NCBI RefSeq assembly: GCF_001194135.2
Contig: NC_069005.1
Span: 13,929,500 to 13,969,995 of the forward strand
Direction: 5' to 3'
Origin: Octopus bimaculoides
Taxonomy: Eukaryota
DNA: 40,496 nucleotides
Below are positions 23,330 to 36,539 of the stretch, one piece after another. The first letter of the stretch is position 1; every line of letters starts with the position of its first letter. Both the position numbers and the translations under genes were made by a program. The notes under the pieces were generated by a model. The model made no database searches, was not told the DNA's origin, and was given only the letters and a program-made list of their open reading frames with translations.

Positions 23330-23904
23330 CATATATTTTAAATATATACTTTAACCATATAACACAAGCCTTCTGTAGTTTTTTCACTCTTGTTTATCTT
23401 TTATATATATATATATATTTATAAAGTTGGAAATGCACAGGGATTTGTTTAGTGTTTTTTTTTTTAAAGACTTAACTGGTTTCACAGATTTCTCTGATTT
23501 TTAAAAGTTGAGATAGAAACACATGGAGCTATGCTACAAGTCTTGCTTTTGACTGGAGTGCAAAAATTCTCTTGTTTTTATAGAGAGAACATGGCTCAAA
23601 TTAGTATCTGTTTTGGACACAATTTGATTGGCCAAGGATGATCATGTGATTAGGTTTAGAAATTTTTGTAAGTTCTTTAATGTCATAAGACAATATGGGT
23701 GAGTGAACATGTCTAGTGACAATCCCAAACAATCAAGGCTCTCTGAATTTAATCTGTCAAGTGTGGTAAAGGATGATCACATGATTAACCTACAAAATTT
23801 TTGTAGGTTCCCCACTGCTACGTCCATATGTTAATATCATCTGACAATATTTTTTGCACTGAAAATTAAGGTTGACATTGTGTGTGTGTGTGTGTGTGTG
23901 TTAC

Positions 23905-24505
23905 CAGTAAGGTGAGGGTTGGCAATAAGTACAGTGAAGAATTCAGGGTACAAGTAGGGGTTCACCAAGGATCAGTCCTCAGCCCCCTCTTGTCCTCCAG
24001 GCAGTAACAGAGGAATTCAAGATAGACTTCTCCTGGGAGCTCCTCTATGCTGATGACCTTGCTCTTATAGATGAATCACTACCTGAACTAGAGAAGTTCC
24101 AGGTATGGAAGCAAGGTCTAGAATCAAAGGGCCTTAGAGTTAACCTAGCAAAAACCAAAGTCTTAGTAAGTATGAAGGCAGACAAATCGATTTGTAGAAA
24201 AGATGTAGGTAGAAACTCCATAAGATGCACCCAGTATAAACTTTGGACACATAAAAAGTGCAGCAATATGAGGGGAAGGTTAACAGGGAAACTAACTTTT
24301 GTATGCAGAAGATGCACAGGTAAAATAAATGCTGAAAATGGGCAGAAAATAGACTCCGTCAACTGCTAGAGGTAGCAGATAGCTTCCATTATCTAGGTGA
24401 TCAAGTTAGGATGGGCAAAGTTCAGAGAGCTCCTACCTCTGCTGGCAACAAAAGGCCTCTCTCTCAGAGTAAAAGGCAGATTGTTTGATGCCTGTGTGTG
24501 AACAC
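23905..24505 (+). mobile_element. RTE-clade LINE reverse transcriptase fragment
   Basis: GVHQGSVLSPLL, ELLYADDLAL, GLRVNLAKTK, then a Cys/His-rich insert (C..SIRC..WTHKKCS..FVCRRC). Confidence 0.9.
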
Positions 24506-25469
24506 CACCTTTGAACAAACCTACTCTCTTGTTAGCTTCTTCCATATTTTTCCCTCACTAACAATGGCCAGATAAAACAACTGCACTGAAACCATGGAAA
24601 ACAAAAATCAAGAAACAAACGAAAAGCACCATATTATCACAACCATATTGTTGCTGGCATTGTTGATGTTGTTATTTTACCACATAAGACAACAAGAGAG
24701 AAAAAGAAAGACTGAGGGAAGAAGAGTCTGAATATTTATATTTTATGTTACTTTTTTTTTTCTCTTTCTTAATGTCCTAAAAAAGGAATTTTACATGAAT
24801 TATTTACTAAAGCCTTATCAATAGTAATGCTTTTCTTACACTGGCTCAAGACTATGAATTTAAGAGACAACTAGGCAAGGAGATAAGAGGCTTTTATACT
24901 GGACTGAGATTCCAACTCAGTCAAAAACGACTGATGTTTATTTTGCCGATCATGAAAAATGATTTTTATTTAGCAACATATTTTTACAGGAAGAGCAGAA
25001 AGAATGAAAAAATTACAAGTATTAAAGATCAAATTACTGAGAAAAAAGAATACAAAACAACTACCTCACCAAAGAAACAAAGAAAAGGAAAAAAAGGGAG
25101 TGGATTTAAGCTGCAGAAGATTGTGGGTGGAGAGGTAACAGGCTGTACATCCTAGACTAAATGGCATGATTAATTATACCTTGCAAACACGAGTGCAAAG
25201 GCGTTGTTGCAGAAAATAGCCAGTGACACTCACTGCAACAGTCACCCCCACCTTCTGGGACTTATTTCTCAGATGGGCCACAGTTATCCCGATTTTGTGG
25301 AGGAAATCAGCAGTAAAAGGTTTGAAAACACATGACACCTTGAAGGCAGCTGATACAAATGGATAGTGGCTGGTCAGGTTCCTGTATTTAGGTAATTTTC
25401 AAGCAGAAAATTTCAATCATTAAACCAAGGATAGTCTCAGGTGGGTTGGTAACAAAAGGGTCAGTACTT

Positions 25470-25826
25470 CTTTTACCTGTTTCAGTCATTAGTCTGCGAC
25501 CTTGAAGAACTTTTAGTCAAATGAATCAACCCCAGAACATGTTTTACTGAAGCCTGATAGTTATTCTATCGGTCTCTTTTGCTGAACTGCTATGTTACAA
25601 GGATGTGAACATACCAACATCAGTTGTCAAGTAGTGGTAGGGGACAAACGCAGGTGCAAAGACACACACACAACAGGCTTCTTTCAGTCTCCGTCTACCA
25701 AATCCACTTACAAGGCTTTGGTCAACCCGAGGCTACAGCAGAAGGCATTTTCCCATGGTGTCATGCAGTGGGATTGAACCTGGAACCATATGGTTGGGAA
25801 GCAAACCTTTAAACCACACAGCCTTG
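25470..25826 (-). mobile_element. tRNA-SINE family B, near full length
   Basis: Matches the other family-B copies and includes the 3' ..gactgaaaca tail. Confidence 0.8.
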
Positions 25827-25866
25827 TGAGGTTTAGCAGTAGGAAATCCATATTTCATCTAGTTGT

Positions 25867-26099
25867 TTAACCCTTTTGATACCAACCCATCTGGGACTCC
25901 CTAAGGTCATATGATACATATAACATCTTCTATAATGATCTAAATTAAGAAACTTCCATTAAAATTTCACATCAATTTATGTTCCAAACACCAGCTTAAA
26001 AATAGCAGACTTAGCTTACCAAATTCCTCATTATTTTCAAAATTCATTGAAACAAAGGCAACATATTTCAACAGAAATATGGCAACAAAAGGGTTTTAA
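25867..26099. mobile_element. TTAA-flanked piggyBac-type MITE
   Basis: ttaa-cccttttgatacc ... ggcaacaaaaggg-ttttaa. Confidence 0.7.
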
Positions 26100-27681
26100 A
26101 AAATCAAAGAATTAATATTCAGTCTTTTGATTGAAAATATTTTTAGTGAAATTCAATCATTTTATGTAAAGTATTTTGCCTTCTCACCTTTTTATAGAAA
26201 TCAATCACAAAAAATGTTCGCTTTCTGTGTTGAAGACCTCATCCATCATCCAGACTAACACCATTGTCTGATAATTTTGTTGCCTTTAGCAGACAAGCAA
26301 AAGATAAAAGAGGGAGCTACACTGCAAATAAAATTTTTAAATAAGCTTTTGTTGTGTCTAGGGAGAGTCATTATGCCAAATACAAAAATGAAGTTTTAAA
26401 TAAAGTTTAACAATGTATTTTTTCTGCAGAAAAAAAAATTAAATAACAAGCATTTAAATTTGGTGAGTCCATTCCTCACCAGGTCTGACATCGAGTGATT
26501 TCTTCCAGAAAGAGAAGAATCAACCTATTACTTGAGTGGTAGACTATATATCAACTCCTACCCCAAAGAACTAAAAGCATGGACCTCAGTAGGATTTGAA
26601 CTTAGCAGTATAGAGATGAATGTGCAAGACACTCTATCCAATGCGTTATTGATTTCCCCCCAATTCCCCTTATAGTCAGTCAATTTAATCGTTTCTAGTG
26701 TATTATTAATACTTCTTTGATCAACTCAAGAAGAACGACTAGCAAAGTTGATCATATTGGGATTTGAACACAGAACATAAGGTGTACTGGAATAACTGTA
26801 TGTTTAAAAGAGTCTCTTCAGAAATTACATGGTTTTGAGTTCCATTCCCATTGTTCTGAGTACTACCGTGGACAAGTGTCTTCTACCAGAGCTTCAGGTC
26901 AACCAGAGACTTGAGTGAATTTTGGTTGTTCTTTTTTGTCTTCCTCTCATCTGCCTCTTCCTCTTATTTCAAATTTTGTTCCGGTTTAGTCCTGATTGAT
27001 CAGAATTACAATCAAAGTTATTCCAACCATACCCATCTTGTCTTTTTATATGTCAAGGAACTATGTTGTTTTCAGATATTTTTTTTTAAAGGATGTGATT
27101 TTGAGAAAGAGTTGGCTGTGATTTGCAGCAGGTCAGCCAATCATGTAATGGCACTTTTGGTAGCTCATAAAATTTCATGACATTAGGTAAGAGGAAAGTG
27201 TCCATCATTTCTGTTCTTGAGCAATAGATTTTAGCTTGCCATCAAGTGAGACACCACCACAGGGTTTCCACAGTTGGCTTGATCAGATTCCAGTCTGTTG
27301 AAAGCATTTGTATCAGGTCTTGTGTATGAAGCTAACTTCTTTCCTCACTTCCATCAGCCTTGGTTGCTCTGAAAATAGTCGTGAATGTTACTTTTGATCA
27401 ATAAAAAGCAAGAAATCACTAAAAACAACAGAAGAAAGAAAAAAGTCGTGAGTTCAATACAAATACCAACTTGACACGGATAAGACCATCAGAAGCTGCA
27501 ATATGAAGAGTGTTCAAGAGAATAAAAATACTACATCACCTGTCATACAGGTTAACTAGAGACACATTTGGATCTTATGAATTGTTACAAAAAAAATCGA
27601 GCAAAATAACCTTGTCATCTTTATTAACTCTTATTTTTCATATTTCTGTTGAAATATACTGCTTTTGCTTCCAAACATTTT

Positions 27682-27908
27682 TTAACCATTTCGTTACTGT
27701 ATTTATTTTGAGATGCTCTGTGTTTCTTTGAATTACTTTATATATAACAAAAAATTTAGTAAAATAAGTTAGTTATCATTAAACTAGTATTAGGAACATA
27801 AATTGTGACTAAGTTTGGTGGAAGATTTTAATTCAAAACTTATAAAAACAAGACATTTGTACTCAGAGCCAGAGCCGGTTTCAGCCAGGTTGGTAACAAA
27901 AGGGTTAA
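27682..27908. mobile_element. TTAA-flanked piggyBac-type MITE
   Basis: ttaa-ccatttcgttac ... ggtaacaaaaggg-ttaa. Further right-end fragments lie at ~28050-28072 and ~25445-25462. Confidence 0.7.
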
Positions 27909-28422
27909 ATAACAAAGAACTTAGTAAAATAGCCTTATCGTTATTGATCTGGTGTTTGAAACATTAATTAACATGAAATTTTGATGGCAAAATTTATTAT
28001 TTAAATCACTTTAAAACAGGAAACCATAGAAGCAGAGAGAGTCTCAGGTGGTTTGGTATCAAAAAGGTTAAGTAAATTGACTTCAGCTGAGAAGTGAAAT
28101 TGATTTCCAGACGTGGCTCATCTGGAGCTTACTTTGTACTCATCACCAATCACGGCTTAAATGATACCAAATCACCAAATTCCATTAGAAAAGTTCACAT
28201 TGAATTATAGCTTATGAGAGATCAAACGACAACTAATGCGTGAAATTAGGGTACAGCAACAAAAAAAAAAGAAGGAAAAAGGAAAAACAAAAACAAAGTA
28301 TAAGTAAAAAATATCAAAAAAATTTTTTTCTCTTTCTTAACTTTTTAATGAGTACACATCACTACATCACTGAAGATTATCGACATGTTAATCATACTCT
28401 ATCGGGGCCTATATATATGTAC

Positions 28423-28454
<32 letters not shown>

Positions 28455-28456
<2 letters not shown>

Positions 28457-28463
28457 GTATGCG

Positions 28464-28530
<67 letters not shown>
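28455..28530. repeat. (AT)n microsatellite, representative of many
   Basis: Direct reading. Others: 1-18, 541-565, 3567-3608, (ATT)n 11087-11120, (ATT)n/(AAT)n 12078-12170, (CAT)n 14085-14130. Confidence 0.95.
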
Positions 28531-28540
<10 letters not shown>

Positions 28541-28894
28541 GTATATTTCAAATTACTGTAACTTAGGACTAATAGAGGTTTGTGGATGCCTGCCAAATGA
28601 AGCGTGCATCGACCTTTTAGGAGATGAAGCAAATGTAGAAGGAAAAAGGAAAAAGGAAAAAAAAAAAATGGTTCTGCCTTTGCTTTCTCAATGACATTTT
28701 AATGGTTACTGCACAAGGTGTGAGTAGTTTGGTAGAAGGTTCAACAAAAAAATAAATAAAATAAAATAAAAATGAAAAAAATGATATTGGAAAGCTTATG
28801 TAGTTGTCTACCATATTCACATTTGTTTGGTTACATGTGTGTGTATATACAGATATATATGTGTGTGTGTGTATGTGTCTTTATACATATGTAT

Positions 28895-28929
<35 letters not shown>

Positions 28930-28988
28930 CATATATACATGCATACATATTTAGATACATAACTACATATGCGTGTATGTGTGTGAAG

Positions 28989-29029
<41 letters not shown>

Positions 29030-29033
<4 letters not shown>

Positions 29034-29529
29034 GAAAAAGTCAAGGTAGAAAATGCTAAAATAATTTTATCATCATNNNNNNNNNNNNNNNNNNNNNNNN
29101 NNNNNNNNNNNNNNNNNNNNNNNNNNNNNNNNNNNNNNNNNNNNNNNNNNNNNNNNNNNNNNNNNNNNNNNNNNNNNNNNNNNNNNNNNNNNNNNNNNNN
29201 NNNNNNNNNNNNNNNNNNNNNNNNNNNNNNNNNNNNNNNNNNNNNNNNNNNNNNNNNNNNNNNNNNNNNNNNNNNNNNNNNNNNNNNNNNNNNNNNNNNN
29301 NNNNNNNNNNNNNNNNNNNNNNNNNNNNNNNNNNNNNNNNNNNNNNNNNNNNNNNNNNNNNNNNNNNNNNNNNNNNNNNNNNNNNNNNNNNNNNNNNNNN
29401 NNNNNNNNNNNNNNNNNNNNNNNNNNNNNNNNNNNNNNNNNNNNNNNNNNNNNNNNNNNNNNNNNNNNNNCGGTACTGAAATGGTTTTTATGATAAAATT
29501 ATTTTAGCATTTTCTACCTTGACTTTTTT

Positions 29530-29533
<4 letters not shown>
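29030..29533. mobile_element. Inverted terminal pair around a gap, each arm abutting (AT)n; probable Penelope-like inverted pLTR
   Basis: 29030-29073 and 29490-29533 are reverse complements (43/44). Confidence 0.55.
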
Positions 29534-29602
<69 letters not shown>

Positions 29603-29612
29603 AATATATATA

Positions 29613-30650
29613 TTGGGTCATCCCATAAATAATGCGATTTTTTCAATTGCATGAACTAAGTCAGAGGGGGATGGAATAAACTGCCTTCATCGACTTGTTA
29701 TAAAAACAGGTAATGATTTTTCCTTGTCCTTATTCCCAGTGCAAGTTTTGAAGAGTGCAGTTCGATTTTAACAGTTATTTTCTCAAAGCTATAATGGGAG
29801 TGACAAAGGAGCATATTTGACATATTTTGCTTTATGAGTTCAATAAAGGCAACAATGCAACGGAAAGTGAGAGGGATACTAATGCAGTACATGGGGATTA
29901 GACAATAAGTGTAAGTCAGGGTCAAAGGTGGTTCTAGAAATTCTGAGCAGGAAACTACAGCCTAGAAGATGAGCCTCATCCTGGACGATCTGTAGAGCTC
30001 AACAAGGACATCCTGCAAACCTTGGTAGAACAAAATTCCATCATAACTGTTGAGGAACTAGCAGAAAAGCTTTGATTTAGTCATTCAATCATTCATCAAC
30101 ACCTACATGCCATCGGAAAACTCAGCAAATTGGATCAATGGGTTCCTCACAAACTTTCTGAGTCTAATCTTGTGCAGTGAGTGAATGTGTACTCTTCTTT
30201 GCTGTTATGTTTTACAAATGAATGAACCATTTTTGGACTGAAAAGTGACTGGTGATGAGAAATGGGTTCTCTATAAAAATGTCAAGCGCCAAAGACAGTG
30301 GGTAGGAAAAGGAGAAACACCAGCACCCCGGGCTAAAGAAGGTCTTCACCCATGTAAGGCGTTGTTATCTGTTTGGTGGAATATGAAAGGTTTAGCCCAC
30401 TTTGAACTTTTAAACCCAAAACCAAATGATAACAAAGGAGATCTACAGTGAGCAGCTTGAGTGGCTTAAGTCAGCACTGGGAGGAAAACATTCATCTTTG
30501 GTTTCAAGATGAAAGGTATTCTTCCATCAGGATAATGCTTGGCCACATACAGTGAGGATGACATTCCGAAGGCTGGAGCAGTTTGAATGGGAAACAATGT
30601 ACCACCCACCATATTCGCTGGACATTGCCCCATCTGATTATCATTTGTTA
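29613..30650 (+). mobile_element. Mariner (D,D34D) transposon, degraded and 3'-truncated
   Basis: TA-ttgggtcatccc left TIR. Motifs WVPHKL, VTGDEKW, HQDNAWPH and YSLDIAPSDYHL, with multiple stops. Confidence 0.9.
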
Positions 30651-31225
30651 TGAATTATGGATGGAAGACCGAGTGCCGTAGTCTAGGGAGCCGGACAAGC
30701 ATACTGGGTAAGTTCCCTAGGCACAAAAATTGTTACTAATAATGAAATAGTGAAAACAAGCCAAATTATTACAGTCTGTTCTCACAAACTTATGAAAAAT
30801 TGCTCATTATACATTGACAGTTATGAGGGAAGCTTACATCATCTCACTTACCTCCTTCCCCAGCATACATAACCCACATCTAATATATGAATTATATTAT
30901 TTAATGACTGGTTTACTTTGAAGAAACATTTGTTATTTATCTAAATGCTCCTAGAAATTTTAAAGATCAGATGATGTGTCGGAAGCTTTGCTTTTACAAC
31001 CACGCCTCTTTCTTGTATTGTCCTTTCTTGGTCATTCACTTGTCTCTTTTAGTCTTTTTTCCCTTATTTTCCACATTGTGGCCGGTCACAGTAACACAAA
31101 ATATCACATCCAAAAATACGAGTTTTACATCCTGTATTGGCCAAAATATAAACAACTATACAGCTGATCTAAGAGGAGGCAAGAGATGAGAAACAGTTTC
31201 CCATAATGTACCAATAAGTTTATTT

Positions 31226-32774
31226 ACAGTAAATTTCATAGAGTCCAAACCCATCGCTGTTATAACATCTAAACTAGATGTCCTAGCATATGCAAAAGAC
31301 CACAGTAGTAGGGCTACTGTTTGGTATTTTGGTCCATTACCAACTGAGTAAATGGTAAGGACTTATAGGAAACGAGAGGAGCTGAAAGCTGCTAAATGTA
31401 ACAAACACTGGCTCCGTAGGGGAGTTATAAAGTGACCTAAACTAGAAGAAGAATTAAAAACATGTATTTTAGACCAATGAAGATCAGATATTTTAGTATC
31501 CACTAAAATGATCATGTACCATTTGAGACTTACAACAATGATTTTAAAGGGTTAACATCATGGTGTTCCAGATTTATGAGGAGAAATAACCTCTATACGA
31601 AGACTAGGACAAGTATAGCACAAAATGGACATACAAAGATCAAATACTCAAGTTTCATGAGTATATCATTAATGCAAGAAAAGAAGTTAATTTTGAACTT
31701 TTACAGATAGCAAATATGGACAAAGTCTCTTTGACATTTGATGTGCCATCAATCAAGATGGTAGAATCCAAGGGTGCTAAAATTGTGACTGTAAAACATG
31801 TGGCCATGAAAAACACATTACACAGTGGTATTAGCATGCTGTGCTGATGGCACAAAACTGCCATCTTTTCTAAATTTTTAAAAGAAATACATTGCCTAAA
31901 GAAAGGATACCTAATGAAATTTATGTTCGTGTCCACCCAAAAGTTGGATGGATGAGAGAGGAATGAAATTGTGGCTTGATTAAGTGTGGGCCAGATGTCC
32001 TGGTGGGCTATTAAAGAAACCTGCCTTATTGGTTTGGGACCAGCTTCAGGCTCATAGGAATGAACTTTTTAAGAGGAAACTTGGAGAACTGAAGACCCAG
32101 TTAGCTGTGATTTCAGGAGGCCTAATCAGCCAGTTACAGCCTTTAAATGTTTCAATCAATAAACTATTTAAAACATTCCTGCAGGAGGAGTGGAGCAAGT
32201 GGATGCAGTCTTCAAATTTTGAAGTGACACCAACAGGAAGAAGGAAAAGGCCTACTATTACACAGGTATGTGAGTGGGTAAAAAGTTCATGAAATGCTGT
32301 AAATGAAGAGGCAGTTGTAAAATCGTGGCGTTAGTAATGCCCTTGATGGAACTGAGGGCGATTTATTGTTTGAAGAAGATATTGATGAGCCAGAACTTAT
32401 TGCAGAGAATTCCAGTGATGAAGAGAGTACTGGTAATATGGATGGCAGCAATGAGAATGAGTAACTGTAACTATCAATAGGAAGGAATTCATCACATTTA
32501 TTGTCGTCCTTTGCTGATTGGTTTCTACCAGTTTTTATCAGTAAATTTGCTTTTTGTTTGCATGGACCAGGCTTCATTGATATCAATGTATATTTCTTTT
32601 TTGTTATAGAAAATTTAATTTAGTTTCCTTTAAAGGTGAGTGTAAAGCTACATATGATTTCATACTTTATTCCAGTATACTGTCACAATATTGTATTTCA
32701 TGCATGGAATCATACAATTCTAAAGTAGGGGTGCATCTTATGTGATGGTGTGTCCAATGCACTGGTAAATACGG
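31226..32774 (+). mobile_element. pogo/Tigger (POGK-like DDE_1) transposon, degraded
   Basis: CENP-B HTH-like remnant, IANMDK, LLVWDQLQAH and QLQPLNVSINK (third D>N). Right end ctggtaaatacgg+TA; the left end is uncertain. Confidence 0.85.
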
Positions 32775-32854
32775 TATATAGGTGTGTGTGTGTGTGTGTG
32801 TATGTACATATATATACATGTGGATATATGTATGTATATATGTGTATGTATATG

Positions 32855-33168
32855 GCACGTGAAAAAAACATTCAAGCGAGATTGTTGCCAGTGCCGCCTG
32901 ACTGGCTCCTGTGCAGGTGGCAAGTAAAATACACCAATTTGAACATGGCCGTTGCCAGTACCGCCTGACTGGCCTTCGTGCCTGTGGTACGTAAAAGCAC
33001 CCACTACACTCTCAGAGTGGTTGGCGTTAGGAAGGGCATCCAGCTATAGAAACTCTGCCAAATCAGATTGGAGCCTGGTGTAGCCATCTGGTTCGCCAGT
33101 CCTCGGTCAAATCATCCAACCCATGCTAACGTGGAAGGTGGACGTTAAACGATGATGATGATGATGAT
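32855..33168 (+). mobile_element. SINE/LINE-tail family D
   Basis: Duplicated ttgccagt(g/a)ccgcctgactggc, ggttggcgttaggaagggcatccagc, and a (GAT)n tail. Confidence 0.75.
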
Positions 33169-34859
33169 GTATGTGTGTGTGTGTGTATGTGCGCGCGCGC
33201 ATGTGTGTGTGTGCATGCATGTGTGCATCTGTCTCCTTGTCTTGACACTGCATGGCAGTTATAAATGAGCATCACTGTCCTTCATTTCCAGTATATTCTG
33301 TGAAGCATGCTTGGCTATCAGGAAATGTCACCTTACTTGTAAACAGGTGAGTGTTGATGGATTTGGTAGACAGAAACTAAAAGAATCCTGTTGTGTATAT
33401 GTATGCATGTTTGGTAACACAAACAGGAAAACAGAACTCAGAACAAGAGTATATATAGATTTTATTTAACTTGAAGAAGTTGCAAACTGACTCAAGAGTC
33501 AAATGTTTCATGTAGTGACACTTGAGTCACTTACTTCCCAGTAGGACTAAAGCTGAAGTGAGGACTAAACATATAGTGCATGTGTTTAATTGACAAAATA
33601 TGATCATCTCCAAGTTTAGCAATACATATATATCGCCGACATTCCTATAGAACAAATTAAAAAAACCCAGTAATTTTCGCATGCGAATGCTTATTTATTT
33701 TATAGATTACGATTCTAAAAAAAAAAAAAAAACGGATGATCGGGTTACTCAGCTTTCCCTTCGTATATTTCCGTAATTTTTCACTTTAGTTGCAATTTTT
33801 TTTTTCTTTCAGATTTAGTTTTAAACATTTTTTATGAACTACTTTTCTGTAACTTAATCCTTTTTCTTTTTTTTTTTTTCAAATTTTCTTATTCTTTTTA
33901 AACATCGGATATCATGGTTATGTTAAAATTTAAAAAATTCAGAAATTCACTTATTTGGCAGAATTTCAATTTTTCAAAACTTTGTTCTACTCTCCGACAC
34001 TTACAATTTTTTTTTTCAAATTCGAAACTTTTTTTANNNNNNNNNNNNNNNNNNNNNNNNNNNNNNNNNNNNNNNNNNNNNNNNNNNNTTTAGATGTTGC
34101 ATCCTAACATCCCCAATAAAGCAGAACGTTTATTTTTAACGCAACTAATTCGTTACTGAATAAAGTGGAGAAAATAATCGTTCAAAATAAACGAAACAAT
34201 ACCTGATTTTACGCCAAATTTTGAATGATTTGTGAAATTATTTTCATGCAATGCTTTGTTTGCAATGTTCTTTTGTAATAATCTAGTAGCTGCACCAAAA
34301 TAATGTAGATCAATGTTTCATAGAACTGTCGGTGTTAATTCAAGAACTACATTAATGCAACTAATTTTGTATCCTAGGATTGATTTGTTTGACTAAAACT
34401 CTTTAAGATGGTGCTCCAGCATGACCACAGTCAAATGACTGAAACAAATAAAAGATTATGTCGTTTCGCAAAGATCACATCCGTTTTCTTTAGAAATGAA
34501 AAAAAAAATTATCATTGATAATAATATTGCTAAACAGAACATCTAACCGGAACCGGAAAGGTGAAATGAGAGAATAAAAATGGAAAAAAAAAAGGTATTG
34601 TTTTATCATTCATTTTATTCAGTTACAAATTATTTTCATTAAAATTAAATGTCTTGTATTCGGTTTGTTAAAGTTTAATGTCTGAAATGGATTTTTTTTT
34701 TTCTTCCCCGATTGGAAATTTATTTTTAAGTTTTGAAACAAAAATGTACAACGGATCTTGTTAAATTTCTTTCAGCCTCTTGGTTTCAAATTTTGTCCAG
34801 ATCTTTTCCAAATTTTCTGCACTGATGTAACTAACTTCTTTATTATCAATTTCTAGAAG

Positions 34860-35110
34860 GAAAGAGCGATTTCCGTCATCAGCAGACAAAACTTACGTGT
34901 TTGAAAAAAGTCTGGTGAAAGTTTGAAACTGTATTGACGTCATTTTGAGAGTCCTCAGTACGCATGCACGGGGTTGGAATCTTCTGGAAGGCCTGCGGAA
35001 GTTCCCTCAAGCGCATGCGTTGAAAACTGACCGGAAAAGTTATATCGCGTTCCCTGACTCGAGACGCAGCCGTTGAACATTGCAGACGGGTTTCCACTAG
35101 GTGTTCGCCT
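34860..35110. promoter_or_regulatory. Promoter-like CpG-retaining region
   Basis: Clustered NRF1-like (acgcatgca, gcgcatgcg), ETS-like (cggaagt, ccggaaa) and CRE (tgacgtca) motifs in unique sequence. Confidence 0.35.
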
Positions 35111-35310
35111 ACTCTCCTGTGCCAGACGCATTTTTATTTGACCAGCTTGGTTTGTTACTGGAGTTTCTGTGAAGTTATTTTCACAAATGTCTAATCAACT
35201 CCAGTTTTGCTGTTTTAATTACCAAACTTGTATCTCCAAGATGTTCCAAGTTATATTATTGGCTTTTAGAGAAATGATTAACTCCAGTTTTGCTGTTTAT
35301 ACACCAAACC

Positions 35311-35460
35311 GTGGTTGCTGACTATCTTAATGTACATTTTATATATACTGGAACAGTGTTATATGTTCGTGGTTATTGACTGTCCGAATGTACATTTTAT
35401 ATATACCCGAACAAAAGAGTGTTATATATTCGTTATTGCTGATTATCCATGCGGTACATT
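35311..35460. repeat. ~60-bp imperfect tandem repeat x2.5
   Basis: gtggtt..tgact..aatgtacattttatatatac..gtgttatat.ttc units. aactccagttttgctgttt is also duplicated at ~35197 and ~35280. Confidence 0.8.
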
Positions 35461-36539
35461 GATGCTTTCTTGTTCCTGAAGAATTATTGTTTCTAAAAAT
35501 ATTGATGTAAGGAAATTGTGTAAGCACCCTATCAGTGCAAAATACACAAACTGAAATCCTACAAATGGTGACCCCGAAAAAAAAACCCAAGAATATTAGC
35601 AGCCGTTCATTTGATACAGGAGTAGTTGAAGGTCTGTACATAAGAGGTCGAGGCTGAATAACAGAGTCTGGAGAAGATACTGTTGCCCGATACGTTTATT
35701 CTACAATGCTGCGACCAGTTGCATTGATATTTGTGAAGCAATCCACATAAACAGTTTTAAAAAAAAATAATTTTTAACCGACAGAACTATTGACGGTATT
35801 TCCGTTGAGTAGACGCTTCGACGGAGAAGCTTGTATCAAACAGTTAATTGAGACGTCGGTATAGACTCAGACGACGACATTCGAGAACACTAAAAGGTCC
35901 TACAGTTATTGCGAGAACAGAACCAAAAAATTAAAAAATTAAAAAAAAGAGACGAAACAGAAAAAAATCCTTTTTTTAGACGCGACGAAGGTTGGTGAAA
36001 ATAAAAAAAAATTTTAATTCTCTGTGCAAACAGTACAAAAAAAAAATTTTTTTTTTGTAAATTGTACACTTACACAAAAATTTGTTGGTTCAATTGCATT
36101 CCGTAAAACGTGTTGGAGGGAATCCATTCACACACATACATAACCTGTGTGTGTGTGTGTGTGTGTCACTGTAGCCATTCATATATAACCTCTCTCTCTC
36201 ACACTAACAAAAGAACTTCACCACACTTTGTCTCGCATACTCACTATAAAAAGGAAATAATAATTTCAGTTATCTCTCACACATACACACACCAGCGCCA
36301 ACTTCAAAAGGAATCGCGCTTTCTCTATCTCTTTCACTTTTACGACGTCGTTTCCCGCTTTCCCTCCAACACTTTTTACGGAAAAGGCTGATCTTTGGTA
36401 CTGGTATCGTAAGATCGCCAATTGCTGGTCTTGTTTTTTTATTTCAATTTATTTCTGTTCCTTTTCTTTTTTCGTCGGTTTCTACTTTCCTTCGTTTTTT
36501 CCCTTCCTTTGATAGGATCGTCTCGTAAAATAAAAAAAA

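Noticed and set aside
25175-25385. 65-codon open frame on the minus strand ending at a good donor
   Set aside because: The acceptor is weak, the peptide is not recognisable, and this length can arise by chance.
26430-26462. 33-nt cag..gtgagt mini-exon
   Set aside because: It is low complexity and phase-incompatible with the 19108 donor.
375-33004. ORFs rich in YI/HT/CV/II runs
   Set aside because: They are translations of (AT)n, (CA)n and (ATT)n microsatellites.
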